This document shows, piece after piece, positions 1 through 14,921 of a DNA stretch of 64,000 nt. Location of the stretch: NCBI RefSeq assembly GCF_003918875.1, contig NW_025765714.1, positions 1,426,001 to 1,490,000 of the forward strand. Direction: 5' to 3'. Each line of letters opens with the position of its first letter. Positions within the stretch are counted from its first letter, which is position 1. The position numbers and the translations under genes were made by a program. The stretch comes from Haliotis rubra. Taxonomy: Eukaryota. The notes under the pieces are model-generated. The model saw only the letters and a program-made list of their open reading frames with translations. It made no database searches and was not told where the DNA came from.

Positions 1-403
1 GTATTATATTGACACCCACCTTGCTTCCACGATAGAAATTGTTATGTTATAAGCTATGTCATGCAAAATCCTATTGACCATCAATCAAATACATATTTGA
101 CTACCAGTAGAAAGTAGTTTTGATTTTGTAACTCGGTGAAAACAAACCTAAATAGCATTTATCTTCAGACTGGCGGATGTTCGCGACAGGGCGCCGCCAT
201 TTTTGAAAATCGTAAAGTGACGGGCTAAAGTCTGTTAGAATTAATGAGATTATGGTTTGTGTTCATCAAGTTAGAAAATCAAAACTACTTTCTACTCGTA
301 GTTAAATATGTATTTGAATCATGACCAAAAGGATTTTACATGACAATTTATAACATAACGATTTCTTCCACGAAAGTGAGGTGGGGGTCGAAGTGACAAT
401 ACT
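1..403. mobile_element. Fold-back / MITE-like element with ~130-bp imperfect inverted arms
   Basis: 1-133 is the approximate reverse complement of ~270-403 (e.g. agtagaaagtagttttgatttt vs aaaatcaaaactactttctact). Confidence 0.7.
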
Positions 404-464
404 GCACGATAAATTTCTTGCTACATTCACGTGGTTAACGTCCACTCACCAGTATGTAGATACT

Positions 465-1322
465 AGTCAATGTACGTCTTTATATTTGGTCTTATAATCC
501 TAATTAGTTTATTATCATACTTGTATGCATTTTGAAGCTAAATAAAAAGCAGACAATCTGCTGATACTTATGGTTAATTTATAACAGGACTGTAATATCT
601 AGACATTTCGTAATTCGCACACACGCCCTAGTGTATGTTGTCTGTCTCATTACACTTTATGGTGAAAACAATGATTCTGTTGAATGCTACAAACAAATGA
701 AAACAAAATGCAAATATTAAACTTAAAACAGATTAAAGTTATAGGAACAATGTCAGGCTATTACCTTGTTCGAGGAATGTATCCATCAATATCCACAAAA
801 ACGAGTGATATGCCATTCATCTGCAGCTGTTCCAAGTGATGTGTCTTTTAACAGTCTAATATACGAAAAAGTGATATATCGTTTCAGTAATTTCACATTT
901 GGTGTATAGTCTCATTGGTCACCCAAGATAGCACACTTGGCAACTATTTGCATAATGTCCGCCATTCTTTAAAAAAAGTAATTTAGTTAGCCAATAATGA
1001 GCAATTAATCAATGTATTGGCGGTTAATCCTTTGAAAGAAGGACGTTGTTTTTACGCAGACACAGACACGCGACAGAGTGTATTCAGTATAGATTAGTAA
1101 ATCTACATACATAAACACTACCTTTTGACAAATCCGCTGTGTAAGATAAAAGTAATTAATCAATCAGCGTGTTATCGGTTAATCCTTTGATCGATGTTTA
1201 TAATGTTGAGTATTTACTCCAGACACAAGAAATGCCAAATGGGAACCTTTGTCGGGTAATCTAAGTGGTGTTACCACTTATTATACCCTTCCTAATGTCG
1301 CACTGTTTAGGTTGAAGAAATT
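465..1322 (+). mobile_element. Unclassified interspersed repeat, copy 1 (probably a non-autonomous DNA transposon; may extend to ~1850)
   Basis: Colinear blocks highly similar to 47502-48742. Confidence 0.75.
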
Positions 1323-4300
1323 AACGTGATGAGCGAGGCTGGTCATCATTTTCGCTATCACTAGCGTCTGGCTCTAACAAATAAGGCCTAGCGACACCAA
1401 GAGATTTTGACAGAATGGTCTATGAAAACAAGTTGTAACTCGGAAACTAGGCAAAGCAGGAGACAAAATTAAATGACAGTAGATTGTGAAAACATATAGC
1501 TTTCATTTTTCACAACAGTTGTCACGATTTCAGGTTTATGCAAACCTGTAAACAAGATAATTTACCCCCTGAAATGTACATGAATTCTGCATCGGCCCTC
1601 ATATCTATTCCTCATATGACGTCACAGAGACGCGCCGCTCTGATTGGTTGAAATTTCGTTCGCGGGTGAGAATTGTGCACTGTTGTCAAAAAGGTCGATT
1701 TAAGTTAATTAAAGATCGAAATGAGTAGTTTTAATGACGGAGTTTCATTTATAGCGAGGCCAATTAGTGATTTATGTATTTGTACCCCCCTAGAGTATGT
1801 GTGATCTTTAAGTAGTTTTGGATAGGGGTATGCTTTCATCAGTTAAATAAAATATTATATATCAGGTATTGTCATATAACGTGATACAGAGTTGTAGGCA
1901 TGGAGGAATTGGCAGTTCATCAGCTTCTGTGTTCCACTTCACCCTCATGCTTAGTTTTGAAGTTAAGTAGCAAATGATTTGTTAATATGTTTAAGTAAGG
2001 TGTTAATTGTCGGTTGTTTCTGTTTGTAAATAAGTACAGGTCTCAGGTTTGTTTTGCTATTCATTCCGTTAGCTACAAAGACACATGCTGTTATAATCAG
2101 CTGCCATGCAAGTGCCAGACATGCATTCATCCATGCCCTAGGTTGTTCTAACATGTGTAAATAAAAGCAAAAAAACCCTTGCCACATCCACAAGAAATAA
2201 GGATATCAATAGAGCGATAAAATACCAAAGAAAACAATCTTCAAGGTTGATTTATGTTATTTTTTTGCATATGAAACTAAAATAACATGAATGATAAATG
2301 CTTGGTTAGTGCGCTGTATCTGTACACCTACAAACCTTTTGTCTGACAGGTTCAATTAACATGAGCAAGAGATCCTATTACCCTGAGATGGACATTGCCA
2401 TTGACATCTGATTCCACACACATCATGGCCTTGTTAACCAATTAACCACTTGGACCTGTGAAATGTACACAGGATCTTATGTGCACAGGGCTAATAACAT
2501 CACAAGGAACAGAATGAGGAGGCTGATGACATTTTGATTGAAAGAAGTGTTCAGGTTGTTGTGACATGTGAGTAGTTGAGAGAGAATGTACACCTGACAA
2601 GTCTGTTTGTGGGATGGAGGTGAAGGTACAGCATGCACATACAGTGGGGGAGTGGAGGGAACTACCGTAAATCAGGCAGGTTTACTGATAATCTCTCAAC
2701 TACCGGTAATTTACAAGTTGTCACCAATGCATTAAACTCACATTGTGCGTTGACACATAATGACATGGTATCTATGATTATCCAGTAACAATTTCTGTGT
2801 TTAAAAATAGAACACTTCAATTCCCTACAATCAGTTTCAACTTAATATTAGGAGTCTTTAAACAGATGTTCAAAACATAAATATCAAATTTCAGGAGACT
2901 ATTAATTCACCTCACCATTAATGTAACAATGAACATTGACAAAGTGGTGGATCATCATTTTCCCGGAATACGCCTGGTTTTACAATAGTGTTTGTTCTCT
3001 CTTGACGGCCTTCTTTACCCTCAGTAAAATGTAACTATGTACATTGTAGGTTTTGTAGAATATCAATTGTAAATACAGAATTCCCCTTTTCAGAATTAAT
3101 GGCAATGAAGTTGACAAAAAGTGGAGTCTGTACAAAGTGGAAATTTCTTTGTGCTTCAACTGTTTGACATTATGACCAATATATAATCCTACAGGGATCT
3201 GGAAAGGGGTACACTGCAGGCACATGGCCATGGAATGTGATGATCTCTGTCCTCACCTTGCTACAGCAGAGATCTGAAAATAAACAAAGGCGTTAAGTCC
3301 ATGTATATGAAACTGAATAACAAGCTTCACTTCTACAGTATTGTACTATAAAGTTTTATGGTAGGGAGATGGGGAAGTATTGAGGTGAGGATGGTTGGGT
3401 GTAGTCACGGTGTGCATGGACAGAGGAAGAGTGCACACAGGCCCAGCAGTGTTGACATTTCCCCATGCTCAATGGTAAACATTGGCTGGGCATACCAGGC
3501 ACAGCAACACATGGCAAAATGTCCCATGTTGGTCATAGTTATACAAGAAAATATTGCCCAATATTTCTGTGATTTTCTTAAACCATCCTTGTGCAAATGC
3601 TGAAAGCTGTTTCTTAACTGATCGAGTTAATGTTGATTAGTGTTGGCCATAACTGTGGTGGGGTTTCAGTCCTAGAAAAGGTGGCGTTGGAGATTGCTTG
3701 TACAGACTGGAACAGGACATCCATAAAATGTCAGGAGCAGAGAACATGTCAAGCTGAACCGTGAAGAACAAGGGTGTTCTGACATTCATTGCAAGATAAC
3801 ACCTCACTGCCAGTCAACTGGCTCCTAGCGCTGTACTGAAATACCTCACCATGTTCACTACAGGCTCAATCAGATAAACAGGTCTGTTTACGTCTGTTAT
3901 CTGATGGCGACATGGCAGGATAGTCATCAACACTCCAGCTGGTCAGACTGGGCTAGTCTAGTGCAACAGGGACTGGCATAGTGTGTTGCCCATAGCAACT
4001 GGTGCTTGATATCTAGACAGGACATAACCCTTAAGGACACCTTTCCATGAAACTATCCTGGGATACTTTATAAGATGAAGATTGTTTGTGAAGGTGACAG
4101 AGAAGCAAGAAAGACTCCTCAGGTTCTCAAACCCAGGTGGACTAGATATGTATATTTTAGTTCTGTCATACCTTGCGCTTTGTTTAGTACAGCCCAGGCT
4201 GATTTTCTGGCTTTGATGATGGCCATTTTTCAAGGGTGCTGCCAGCTTGCAATAATAAAACATGCAGGTTATTCAGGAAAACACATCTGGTGTGTACACT

Positions 4301-4405
4301 TTAATGTATTGCAGCTCTCTAAGACTGTTTACACTTGACAGTGCTCACTTACTACAAGGGAAGCAAATATCAGACTGTATAACCCCGAAGTAATGGATAG
4401 ATATT

Positions 4406-4632
4406 CTGATAGTAACAGGTATGGAGAGACAGCACGACTGCAGTAAGTCTGTTAGTAACGGGTATGGAGAGACAGCACGGCTGCAGTAAGTCTGATAGTA
4501 ACAGGTATGGAGAGACAGCACGACTGCAGTAAGTCTGTTAGTAACGGGTATGGAGAGACAGCACGACTGCAGTAAGTCTGATAGTAACGGGTATGGAGAG
4601 ACAGCACGACTGCAGTAAGTCTGATAGTAACA
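4406..4632. repeat. 43-bp minisatellite, ~5 copies
   Basis: Unit ctgatagtaacaggtatggagagacagcacgactgcagtaagt. Confidence 0.95.
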
Positions 4633-5336
4633 ATAACATATGTCACTATGAGGAATCATACTGCCTTGCAGAAGTTTTAGGGCAGGACTATTCTGTTCAG
4701 AGTTGTTTGAGTTCATAATGGGTTCATAATTAGAAATGTGCAGAATGCCTTGATCTTATCTTGGTCTTAATCCTCTATGTAGTTAATACTGGCAACATTT
4801 CACATGGGAACTCTCTGCACATACATCTGCTGTGAACTGGGCTGTTTGGATATTACAAGATTATAAAATAGGCATGTCAAACAGTTTGTTTTGGGTGGCA
4901 CCAATAACAAACTCATACATTAAAATGAGGTGTAAAAGCATATTTGAAATAGAAAATGCAGATAACTATAGATAGAGTTGTAAATATTTATTCACGTGTT
5001 TGTGATGGAAATAGAGGACAATTATTTACAGCATGTGTTTATTTGGATGTGTTTGGTTCTGTCGAGAGCTAATAGTTTGGAATGTTAACTTGTAAGGACA
5101 GGGACTCCAAGTCAGTCCACAGATGACAGAGAGTTAATATTTGTGTGTTTGTGGCTTTTGTGGTGTAGCTTGTTTACTTGTGGAGATCTGGTGGTCAATG
5201 AGAGGTCAGGGGAGAGGATAGTTGTCAATGTGGCCCATTGCAGATTGCTGAAGGGACAGGCAGAAACAAGTGCAGAGGAGGTTCAAGAGTTGGGGGTTGC
5301 TGTGGACCTGGGGATGAGATGTAGAGTTGAATCATA

Positions 5337-8300
5337 ATGACCTCCATGTGCCCTTCAGCAAGTCTGATCACAGGTGACCAATGTCCACCTCCATGTGCCC
5401 TTCAGCAAGTCTGATCACAGGTGACCAATGTCCACCTCTATGCACCCTTCAGCAAGTCTGATCACAGGTGACCAATGTCCACCTATGTACCCTTCAGCAA
5501 GTCAGATCACAGGTGACCAATGTCCACCTCTATGTACCCTTCAGCAAGTCTGATCACAGGTGACCAATGTCCACCTATGTACCCTTCAGCAAGTCTGATC
5601 ACAGGTGACCAATGTCCACCTCTATGTACCCTTCAGCAAGTCTGATCACAGGTGACCAATGTCCACCTATGCACCCTTCAGCAAGTCAGATCACAGGTGA
5701 CCAATGTCCACCTCTATGTACCCTTCAGCAAGTCAGATCACAGGTGACCAATGTCCACCTATGTACCCTTCAGCAAGTCAGATCACAGGTGACCAATGTC
5801 CACCTATGCACCCTTCAGCAAGTCAGATCACAGGTGACCAATGTCCACCTCTATGTACCCTTCAGCAAGTCTGCTCACAGGTGACCAATGTCCACCTATG
5901 TACCCTTCAGCAAGTCAGATCACAGGTGACCAATGTCCACCTATGCACCTTTCAGCAAATCAGATCACAGGTGACCAATGTCCACCTATGTACCCTTCAG
6001 CAAGTCTGCTAACAGGTTACCAATGTCCACCTATGTACCCTTCAGCAAATCAGATCACAGGTGACCAATGTCCACCTCTATGTACCCTTCAGCAAGTCTG
6101 CTCACAGGTGACCAATGTCCACCTATGCACCCTTCAGCAAGTCAGATCACAGGTGACCAATGTCCACCTATGTACCCTTCAGCAAGTCTGATCACAGGTG
6201 ACCAATGTCCACACCTATGCACCCTTCAGCAAGTATCACAGGTGACCAACCTCTTGTACCCTTCAGCAAGTCTGCTCAGGTGACCAATGTCTATGTACCC
6301 TTCAGGTGACAGGTGACCAATGTCCACCTATGCACCCATCAGCAAATCTGCTCACAGGTGACCAATGTCCACCTATGTACCCTTTAGCAAATCAGATCAC
6401 AGGTGACCAATGTCCACCTCTATGTACCCTTCAGCAAGTCTGCTCACAGGTGATCAATGTTGACCTCTGTGTACTCTTCAGCAAGTCTGCTCACAGGTGA
6501 CCAATGTCCACCTCTATGCACCCTTCAGCAAGTCTGCTCACAGGTGACCAATGTCCACCTATGTACCCTTTAGCAAATTAGATCATAGGTGACCAATGTC
6601 AACTTCTCTATGTACTTTTCAGCAAGTCTGCTCACAGATGACCAATGTCCACCTCTATGTACCCTTCAACAAGTCAGATCACAGGTGACCAATGTCCATC
6701 TCTATGTACTCTTCAGCAAGTCAGATCACAGGTGACCAATGTCCATCTCTATGTACTCTTCAGCAAGTCTGCTCACAGGTGACCAATGTCCACCTCTATG
6801 TACTCTTCAGCAAGTCAGATCACAGGTGACCAATGTCCACCTCTATGTACCCTTCAGCAAGTCTGCTCACAGGTGACCAATGTCCACCTGACTTCAGCAA
6901 GTCAGATCACAGGTGACCAATGTACTCTTCTTCAGCAAGTCAGATCACAGGTGACCAATGTCCACCTCTATGTACCCTTCAGCAAGTCTGCTCACAGGTG
7001 ACCAATGTCCACCTCCATGTACTCTTCAGCAAGTCTGCTCACAGGTGACCAATGTCCACCTCTATGTACTCTTCAGCAAGTCAGATCACAGGTGACCAAT
7101 GTCCACCTCTATGTACCCTTCAGCAAGTCAGCTCACAGGTGACCAATGTCCACCTCTATGTACCCTTCAGCAAGTCAGATCACAGGTGACCAATGTCCAC
7201 CTCTATGTACCCTTCAGCAAGTCTGATCACAGGTGACCAATGTCCACCTATGTACCCTTCAGCAAGTCAGATCACAGGTGACCAATGACCACCTCTATGT
7301 ACCCTTCAGCAAGTCAGATCACAGGTGACCAATGTCCACCTATGTACCCTTCAGCAAGTCAGATCACAGGTGACCAATGTCCACCTCTATGCACCCTTCA
7401 GCAAGTCTGCTCACAGGTGACCAATGTCCACCTATGTACCCTTCAGCAAGTCAGATCACAGGTGACCAATGTCCACTCTATGTACCCTTCAGCAAGTCTG
7501 ATCACAGGTGACCAATGTCCACCTATGTACCCTTTTCAGCAAGTCTGATCACAGGTGACCAATGTCCACCTCTATGCACCCTTCAGCAAGTCTGCTCACA
7601 GGTGACCAATGTCCACCTATGCACCCTTCAGCAAGTCAGATCACAGGTGACCAATGTCCACCCTATGTACCCTTCAGCAAGTCTGCTCACAGGTGACCAA
7701 TGTCCACCTATGTACCCTTCAGCAAGTCAGATCACAGGTGACCAATGTCCACCCTATGTACCCTTCAGCAAGTCAGATCACAGGTGACCAATGACCATTA
7801 GGGTGACCTCCATCTCTATGCACTCTTCAGCAAGTCTGCTCACAGATGACCAATGTCCACCTCTATGTACCTTTCAGCAAGTCAGATCACAGGTGACCAA
7901 TGTCCACCCTATGTACCTTTCAGCAAGTCAGATCACAGGTGACCAATGTCCACCTATGCACCCTTCAGCAAGTCTGCTCACAGGTGACCAATGTCCACCT
8001 ATGTACCCCCTTCAGCAAGTCAGATCACAGGTGACCAATGTCCACCTATGTACTCTTCAGCAAGTCTGCTCACAGGTGACCAATGTTGACCTCTATGCAC
8101 CCTTCAGCAAGTCAGATCACAGGTGTGACTCTATGTACCCTTCAGCAAGTCAGATCACAGGTGACCAATGTCCACCTCTATGTACTCTTCAGCAAGTCTG
8201 CTCACAGGTGACCAATGTCCACCTCTATGTACCCTTCAGCAAGTCAGATCACAGGTGACCAATGTCCACCTCCATGTACTCTTCAGCAAGTCAGATCACA

Positions 8301-9755
8301 GGTGACCAATGTCCACCTCTATGTACCCTTCAGCAAGTCAGCTCACAGGTGACCAATGTCCACCTCTATGTACCCTTCAGCAAGTCAGATCACAGGTGAC
8401 CAATGTCGACCTCTATGTACAGCAAGTCTTCAGGTGACCAAGAGCCTCATGTACTCTTCACAAGTTTGCTGACCAATGACCAATGTCCACCTCTATGTAC
8501 TCTTCAGCAAGTCAGATCACAGGTTACCAATGTCCACCTATGTACCCTTTAGCAAATTAGATCATAGGTGACCAATGTCAACTTCTCTATGTACTCTTCA
8601 GCAAGTCTGCTCACAGGTGACCAATGTCCACCTCTATGTACCCTTCAGCAAGTCAGATCACAGGTGACCAATGACCACCTCTATGCACCCTTCAGCAAGT
8701 CTGCTCACAGATGACCAATGTCCACCTATGTACCTTTCAGCAAGTCAGATCACAGGTGACCAATGTCCACCTCTATGCACCCTTCAGCAAGTCTGATCAC
8801 AGGTGACCAATGTCCACCTATGTACCTTTCAGCAAGTCAGATCACAGGTGACCAATGACCACCTCTATGCACCCTTCAGCAAGTCTGCTCACAGATGACC
8901 AATGTCCACCTATGTACCTTTCAGCAAGTCAGATCACAGGTGACCAATGTCCACCTATGTACCTTTCAGCAAGTCTGCTCACAGGTGACCAATGTCCACC
9001 TATGCACCCTTCAGCAAGTCTGCTCACAGGTGACCAATGTCCACCTATGTACTCTTCAGCAAGTCAGATCACAGGTGACCAATGTCGACCTCTATGTACC
9101 CTTCAGCAAGTCAGATCACAGGTGACCAATGTCCACCTCCATGTACTCTTCAGCAAGTCTGCTCACAGGTGACCAATGTCCACCTCTATGTACCCTTCAG
9201 CAAGTCAGATCACAGGTGACCAATGTCCACCTCTATGTACTCTTCAGCAAGTCAGATCACAGGTGACCAATGTCCACCTCTATGTACCCTTCAGCAAGTC
9301 AGATCACAGGTGACCAATGTCCACCTCTATGTACTCTTCAGCAAGTCTGCTCACAGGTGACCAATGTCCACCTCTATGTACTCTTCAGCAAGTCAGATCA
9401 CAGGTGACCAATGTCCACCTCTATGTACCCTTCAGCAAGTCTGCTCACAGGTGACCAATGTCCACCTATGTACCTTTCAGCAAGTCAGATCACAGGTGAC
9501 CAATGTCCACCTCTATGTACTCTTCAGCAAGTCAGATCACAGGTGACCAATGTCCACCTATGTACCTTTCAGCAAGTCAGATCACAGGTGACCAATGTCC
9601 ACCTCTATGTACTCTTCAGCAAGTCAGATCACAGGTGACCAATGTCCACCTATGTACCTTTCAGCAAGTCAGATCACAGGTGACCAATGTCCACCTCTAT
9701 GTACTCTTCAGCAAGTCTGCTCACTACTGACCAATGTCCAACTATGTACCTTTCA
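5337..9755. repeat. 44/46-bp minisatellite, ~4.4 kb, roughly 95-100 copies
   Basis: Unit tatgtacccttcagcaagtc(a/t)g(a/c)tcacaggtgaccaatgtccacc(tc). Confidence 0.97.
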
Positions 9756-10548
9756 TTAGGCCTACATGGCTCTCATCAACATTGAGTTGCCTTAGCCGGG
9801 GCCTTTGTCAGTTTTTGTCATTTACATCACAAAAGCCCTTGTTGTTGTTGGAGGAACAGCATGTTGTCAGTGGTGCAGTGCATCTGGATTTTCAAATGTT
9901 TTCCTGTTGGGTGTTCCCCTGAAGTGTGACAATTACCCCAGATCAGAAGGCTGTACTCACAAGTTCCTGGTTATCACACTGACCTGCAGGTCTACATCCA
10001 TGAACACATGAAAAGAGAGGCTGTCCCATTTGTGACAATTTTGTGAAATCATGCAAATGAGTCCTATTAGCAAGGATGGGTTTATCCCTGTAGGCCTTTA
10101 ACATCATAGACCTTTAACATACAAAGCAGTGATATGCTGCATCAACACATATACACTGTGGATGTGATTCATTGTCTTGCTCTCCAGTCATACAACTATG
10201 AAACACTTCAAATGTTTTCACTGGTTTTCCAAAAGATTTTAAATGTTACAACTAGAATACATTTTTTAACCTGGAGTTGGTGTATCATGTCTCTTGTATT
10301 GTGATTCGTATCATTTTGTTTCTAAACACTTCAGTACATAATAATAGAAACTGTAGTCAAAGTTAATGATTCTATGTGTTATTCTAATGCCCATCAAGGT
10401 GTGTTTTCACTGAACACCTTCAGTCCCAGGCCTATGTTATATGCAGCACAGGTATCAGCTGATGTGCACAACCTCTAAGGCCACCCACAACTGTCTTGTA
10501 CAGACTCACTGATGTATGCAGGAAACACAGACAAAGCATCTCTGTAGT

Positions 10549-11385
10549 CACTGATTACAGTATGACAGACAAGACAGTGTTAGGTCAACTATCTGTCCTC
10601 ACATCTCCCTCTTCCAACACCTTACTGTATATTTAAGGGTGGATCACCTGCTGAAGCTTGATCCCTTGTTCACACCTGGGCTGTCCACTGATTACAGTAT
10701 GACAGACAAGACAGTGTTAGGTCAACTATCTGTCCTCACATCTCCCTCATCCAACACCTTACTGTATATTTAAGGGTGGATTACCTGCTGAAGCTTGATC
10801 CCTTGTTCACATCCAGGCTGTCCACTGATTACAGTATGACAGACAAGACAGTGTTAGGTCAACTATCTGTCCTCACATCTCCCTCATCCAACACCTTACT
10901 GTATATTTAAGGGTGGATTACCTGCTGAAGCTTGGTCCCTTGTTCACATCCAGGCTGTCCACTGATTACAGTATGACAGACAAGACAGTGTTAGGTCAAC
11001 TATCTGTCCTCACATCTCCCTCATCCAACACCTTACTGTATATTTAAGGGTGGATTACCTGCTGAAGCTTCCCTCATCCCTTGTTCACATCCAGGCTGTC
11101 CACTGATTACAGTATGACAGACAAGACAGTGTTAGGTCAACTATCTGTCCTCACATCTCCCTCATCCAACACCTTACTGTATATTTAAGGGTGGACTACC
11201 TGCTGCAGCTTGGTCCCTTGTTCACATCCAGGCTGTACACTGATTACAGTATGACAGACAAGACAGTGTTAGGTCAACTATCTGTCCTCACATCTCCCTC
11301 ATCCAACACCTTACTGTATATTTAAGGGTGGACTACCTGCTGCAGCTTGGTCCCTTGTTCACATCCAGGCTGTCCACTGATTACA
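10549..11385. repeat. 137-bp tandem repeat, 6 copies
   Basis: Unit starts cactgattacagtatgacagacaagacagtgttagg. Confidence 0.96.
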
Positions 11386-13317
11386 CATAGTTCTTCAAAC
11401 AAGGTATGATGGTGACCCTATAACCACACTGCACTTGAAAATCTAAGTATGTTAATCTCTGTGTCATTTTATTTGGTGGCAAGAGTTTGATGGAGGTACT
11501 TCATTCTTTATTTGCTATGGTTTCAACCACAATGAGTTTCTATAGAAAAACATGACAGTTACTCTTATTTAATGAAACACTTTTATGTCAGAAGAATTAG
11601 AGGAACAGGTGAAGATACACCTACAAAGACAGATTTTCTGTCTTCGAGGAAGCTATGAGAGTAGACAATGAACAGACACAGACCGTGAATAAATCTGATG
11701 CCATGTCAGGAGTTGTTCATCCAGGTGTAATGTAGCTGTGATCACCATGCACCTACCATCTTGCTCTACTGGGCTGTAGGTCAATAGCACATACTATGCC
11801 AGCCATCATGGACACAGGCACACTGTCATGCAGTGGATGGACAGGAGTGCATTATCCATGTGGTCATTGTGTAGGCCATCACAGCCCTATGAGGGTGTCC
11901 CTACTTGTGGCGCTCTTGGACTTAATAACCTAACACACATCAGGCTAGGTGGATGCATACATGGGTGGGGATGGTACATGAATGAGTTTAATTTATGGAG
12001 GTGACAGATAGAACTAGGGAAGCTAAGTAAATAGTTTACTTTATAACTTCACTGGGGACATCTGTCCTGCTTGTAGTCTGAAAAGACAGGTATGTATACT
12101 TGTATGTATCAATATGAAACATGTTGACACACATCACAGCATTAGAAGCAGACACACATCAAACAATATCAAACAATAAATAATAATTTAGCTATGATTA
12201 GTTTGTTATATTGCAGAAACTATCTCTTGTTTCACATGTCAGGAGACTGTCTGTGGCAATATAAAATTCCTGGCTTCTGTGCAAAGCATCAAATGCTCTA
12301 GTTTTTATTGGTGTTTCTTCCAACACAGAGAGGAACATGCTCCCCTTATCTGAGAATCTGATACCTTGTAAAAGTATTTCATCATATCACATATCCAGTA
12401 ATTCTTTCAATAGACCAGCCTTTCTTCTCTCATTAAAGATATGTACATGACTCAGTTTCATAACACTTCTCTATTTATACTGAGACATTGGAGCACTTCT
12501 CTTTGACAAATCAATTAGCACCATATGCATTTTCTGGTGGGCCCTCCTCTCCTGGGCCAAACAAAAAATTCACCCTGCTGCAAGTATCCCCACTGTCAGT
12601 ATATCCATTTCTGTAGAACCTCCGCCCCAGGAGGGGACAGCTTGGTTGATGACGTGGAGCATGAAGGCTGCCTCGGCACACGCCTGGTATGCTCCACTCA
12701 TCACCATAAACCTCATGCCATGTTTGTTTCAACAGCCATGTTTTTTGGGTGTCTGTAGTGTATCAGAGAAGGTTATATTTCTGTATGTGTCTCTCTTCGA
12801 CTAACATAGAATCTCTGCAATAATTTAAATGAAATCATTCAATTTTCCTCATGATTACTTTCAGTTCATGTTGATCCACATTATATTTCTTTACTATAAA
12901 TATGTGTTGTAAATAAACAATGTTTTAAATTTTACTATTAACACATAAACATTTTTCTTCTTGTTTCCTTTTCACAAATAACTTGTACATCAATTTTTCA
13001 ATTTGCTGAGCAATCAATTTCCATATCAGGATCTGATACTGCTTACATAAAATAGGGAAATGTAATATTAATGCATTACTTGAGAATATGTGACACATCA
13101 AGCCAGCAAGTCCACTCTCAATATGGAATTTGTGTACCGTATGTTTTATAAATATAAAAGGGAAATTTTGAGAGGCAGATGTTTAAATTATTAATGGTGG
13201 TTGTAGTTTCTGTGAATACAGTGATTATAAGCATATTTGGGAGCACAAGGTATTACAGAGTATGCGTAAAAGTCGAGGATAGTTTCAGCAGAAAATTTGT
13301 TATATTTACCCTTACAA

Positions 13318-14154
13318 TGTAGTTGACAGGAGAAAACCCACATACTGTTGTATCATGAAGGGTTGTAGTGGATGTGTTCAGCTGTAGTTGACAGGAGAAA
13401 ACCCACATACTGTAGTGGATGTGTTCAGCTGTAGTTGACAGGAGAAAACCCACATACTGTAGTGGATGTGTTCAGCTGTAGTTGACAGGAGAAAACCCAC
13501 ATACTGTAGTGGATGTGTTCAGCTGTAGTTGACAGCTGTGGATTGACAGGAGAAAACCCACATACTGTAGTGGATGTGTTCAGCTGTAGTTGACAGGAGA
13601 AAACCCACATACTGTTGTGGTGGATGTGTTCAGCTGTAGTTGACAGGAGGAAAACCCACATACTGTAGTGGATGTGTTCAGCTGTAGTTGTCAGGAGAAA
13701 ACCCACATACTGTAGTGGATGTGTTCAGCTGTAGTTGTCAGGAGAAAACCCACATACTGTAGTGGATGTGTTCAGCTGTAGTTGTCAGGAGAAAACCCAC
13801 ATACTGTAGTGGATGTGTTCAGCTGTAGTTGACAGCTGTAGGAGAAAACCCACATACTGTTGTGGATGTGTTCAGCTGTAGTTGACAGGAGAAAACCCAC
13901 ATACTGTAGTGGATGTGTTCAGCTGTAGTTGACAGGAGAAAACCCACATACTGTTGTGGATGTGTTCAGCTGTAGTTGACAGGAGAAAACCCACATACTG
14001 TAGTGGATGTGTTCAGCTGTAGTTGACAGGAGAAAACCCACATACTGTAGTGGATGTGTTCAGCTGTAGTTGACAGGAGAAAACCCACATACTGTAGTGG
14101 ATGTGTTCAGCTGTAGTTGTCAGGAGAAAACCCACATACTGTAGTGGATGTGTT
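13318..14154. repeat. 47-bp minisatellite, ~17 copies
   Basis: Unit tgtagttgacaggagaaaacccacatactgtagtggatgtgttcagc. Confidence 0.96.
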
Positions 14155-14839
14155 TCCCTTCAGCAGATCACCATTATGTTGGTGGAAAAAACATTCCAGA
14201 ATACAATGGAGCCTGTATTAAGATTTAAATCTGAACATGTGAAGAATTTGTGGTGGGAACAAATTTAGCTACTTCAGTTTCCATTGAACCCTTTGTTGTG
14301 GGTATGAATACGTTTCATATATTCCATTGAGGAAAAAATAAATTATTAGAAACAGTTGAAGGAAATGGATATATTTGCCACTTTAATAGACTCAGTAATC
14401 TAAGGGTTGGTTTGAGTGATTCTGTAAAGGACTGCATCTCTTTGATGTGGTAAGATCTGGTGTTCTGCTAGGAAGTTGCTAGTACTCTGCCCACAGGCTT
14501 GTATATATGTTGAGACAGTTGCATAACACTTAGAGATGGCCAGTCAGAGTGGACTCAGGGAGTGTGAATTTATTGCATATATTTACGAGGATCATAAACT
14601 TACAGGGACCCCTGGAAAGTGACACTGTATAGATCCCACTTGTGTCAATCCCTGGGGTGGGGCAAGGGCCTACAGATCCATCTTAATCTACTTGAGTAAT
14701 CTATCTACTTTGACACATACACATGTGATACCTTATTGAACAGTACGGAGATTTATCCTCTTTGTTGGATATTTGTTATGTTACACTGTCTTGAAATAAT
14801 CAGTTTTTGTTGTAGTGCCTCTCTCAGTGTCCCATGTAA

Positions 14840-14890
14840 ACACACACACAAACAAACAAACACAAATGCATGCATGCACATGCACGCATG

Positions 14891-14921
<31 letters not shown>
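14840..14921. repeat. (CA)n compound microsatellite
   Basis: CA and CATG runs. Confidence 0.9.

Noticed and set aside
1600-1690. CpG-rich promoter-like patch with TGACGTCA and an inverted CCAAT box
   Set aside because: Lies in or next to repeat-derived sequence, with no linked exon identifiable.
5612-9730. Many 60-155 aa ORFs with a Cys/Pro repeat (MYPSASQITGDQCPP)
   Set aside because: Translation of a 44/46-bp minisatellite with constant frame switching.
12511-12758. Short ORFs on both strands in a GC-richer patch
   Set aside because: No recognisable domain or splice structure; possibly a decayed TE but unsupported.
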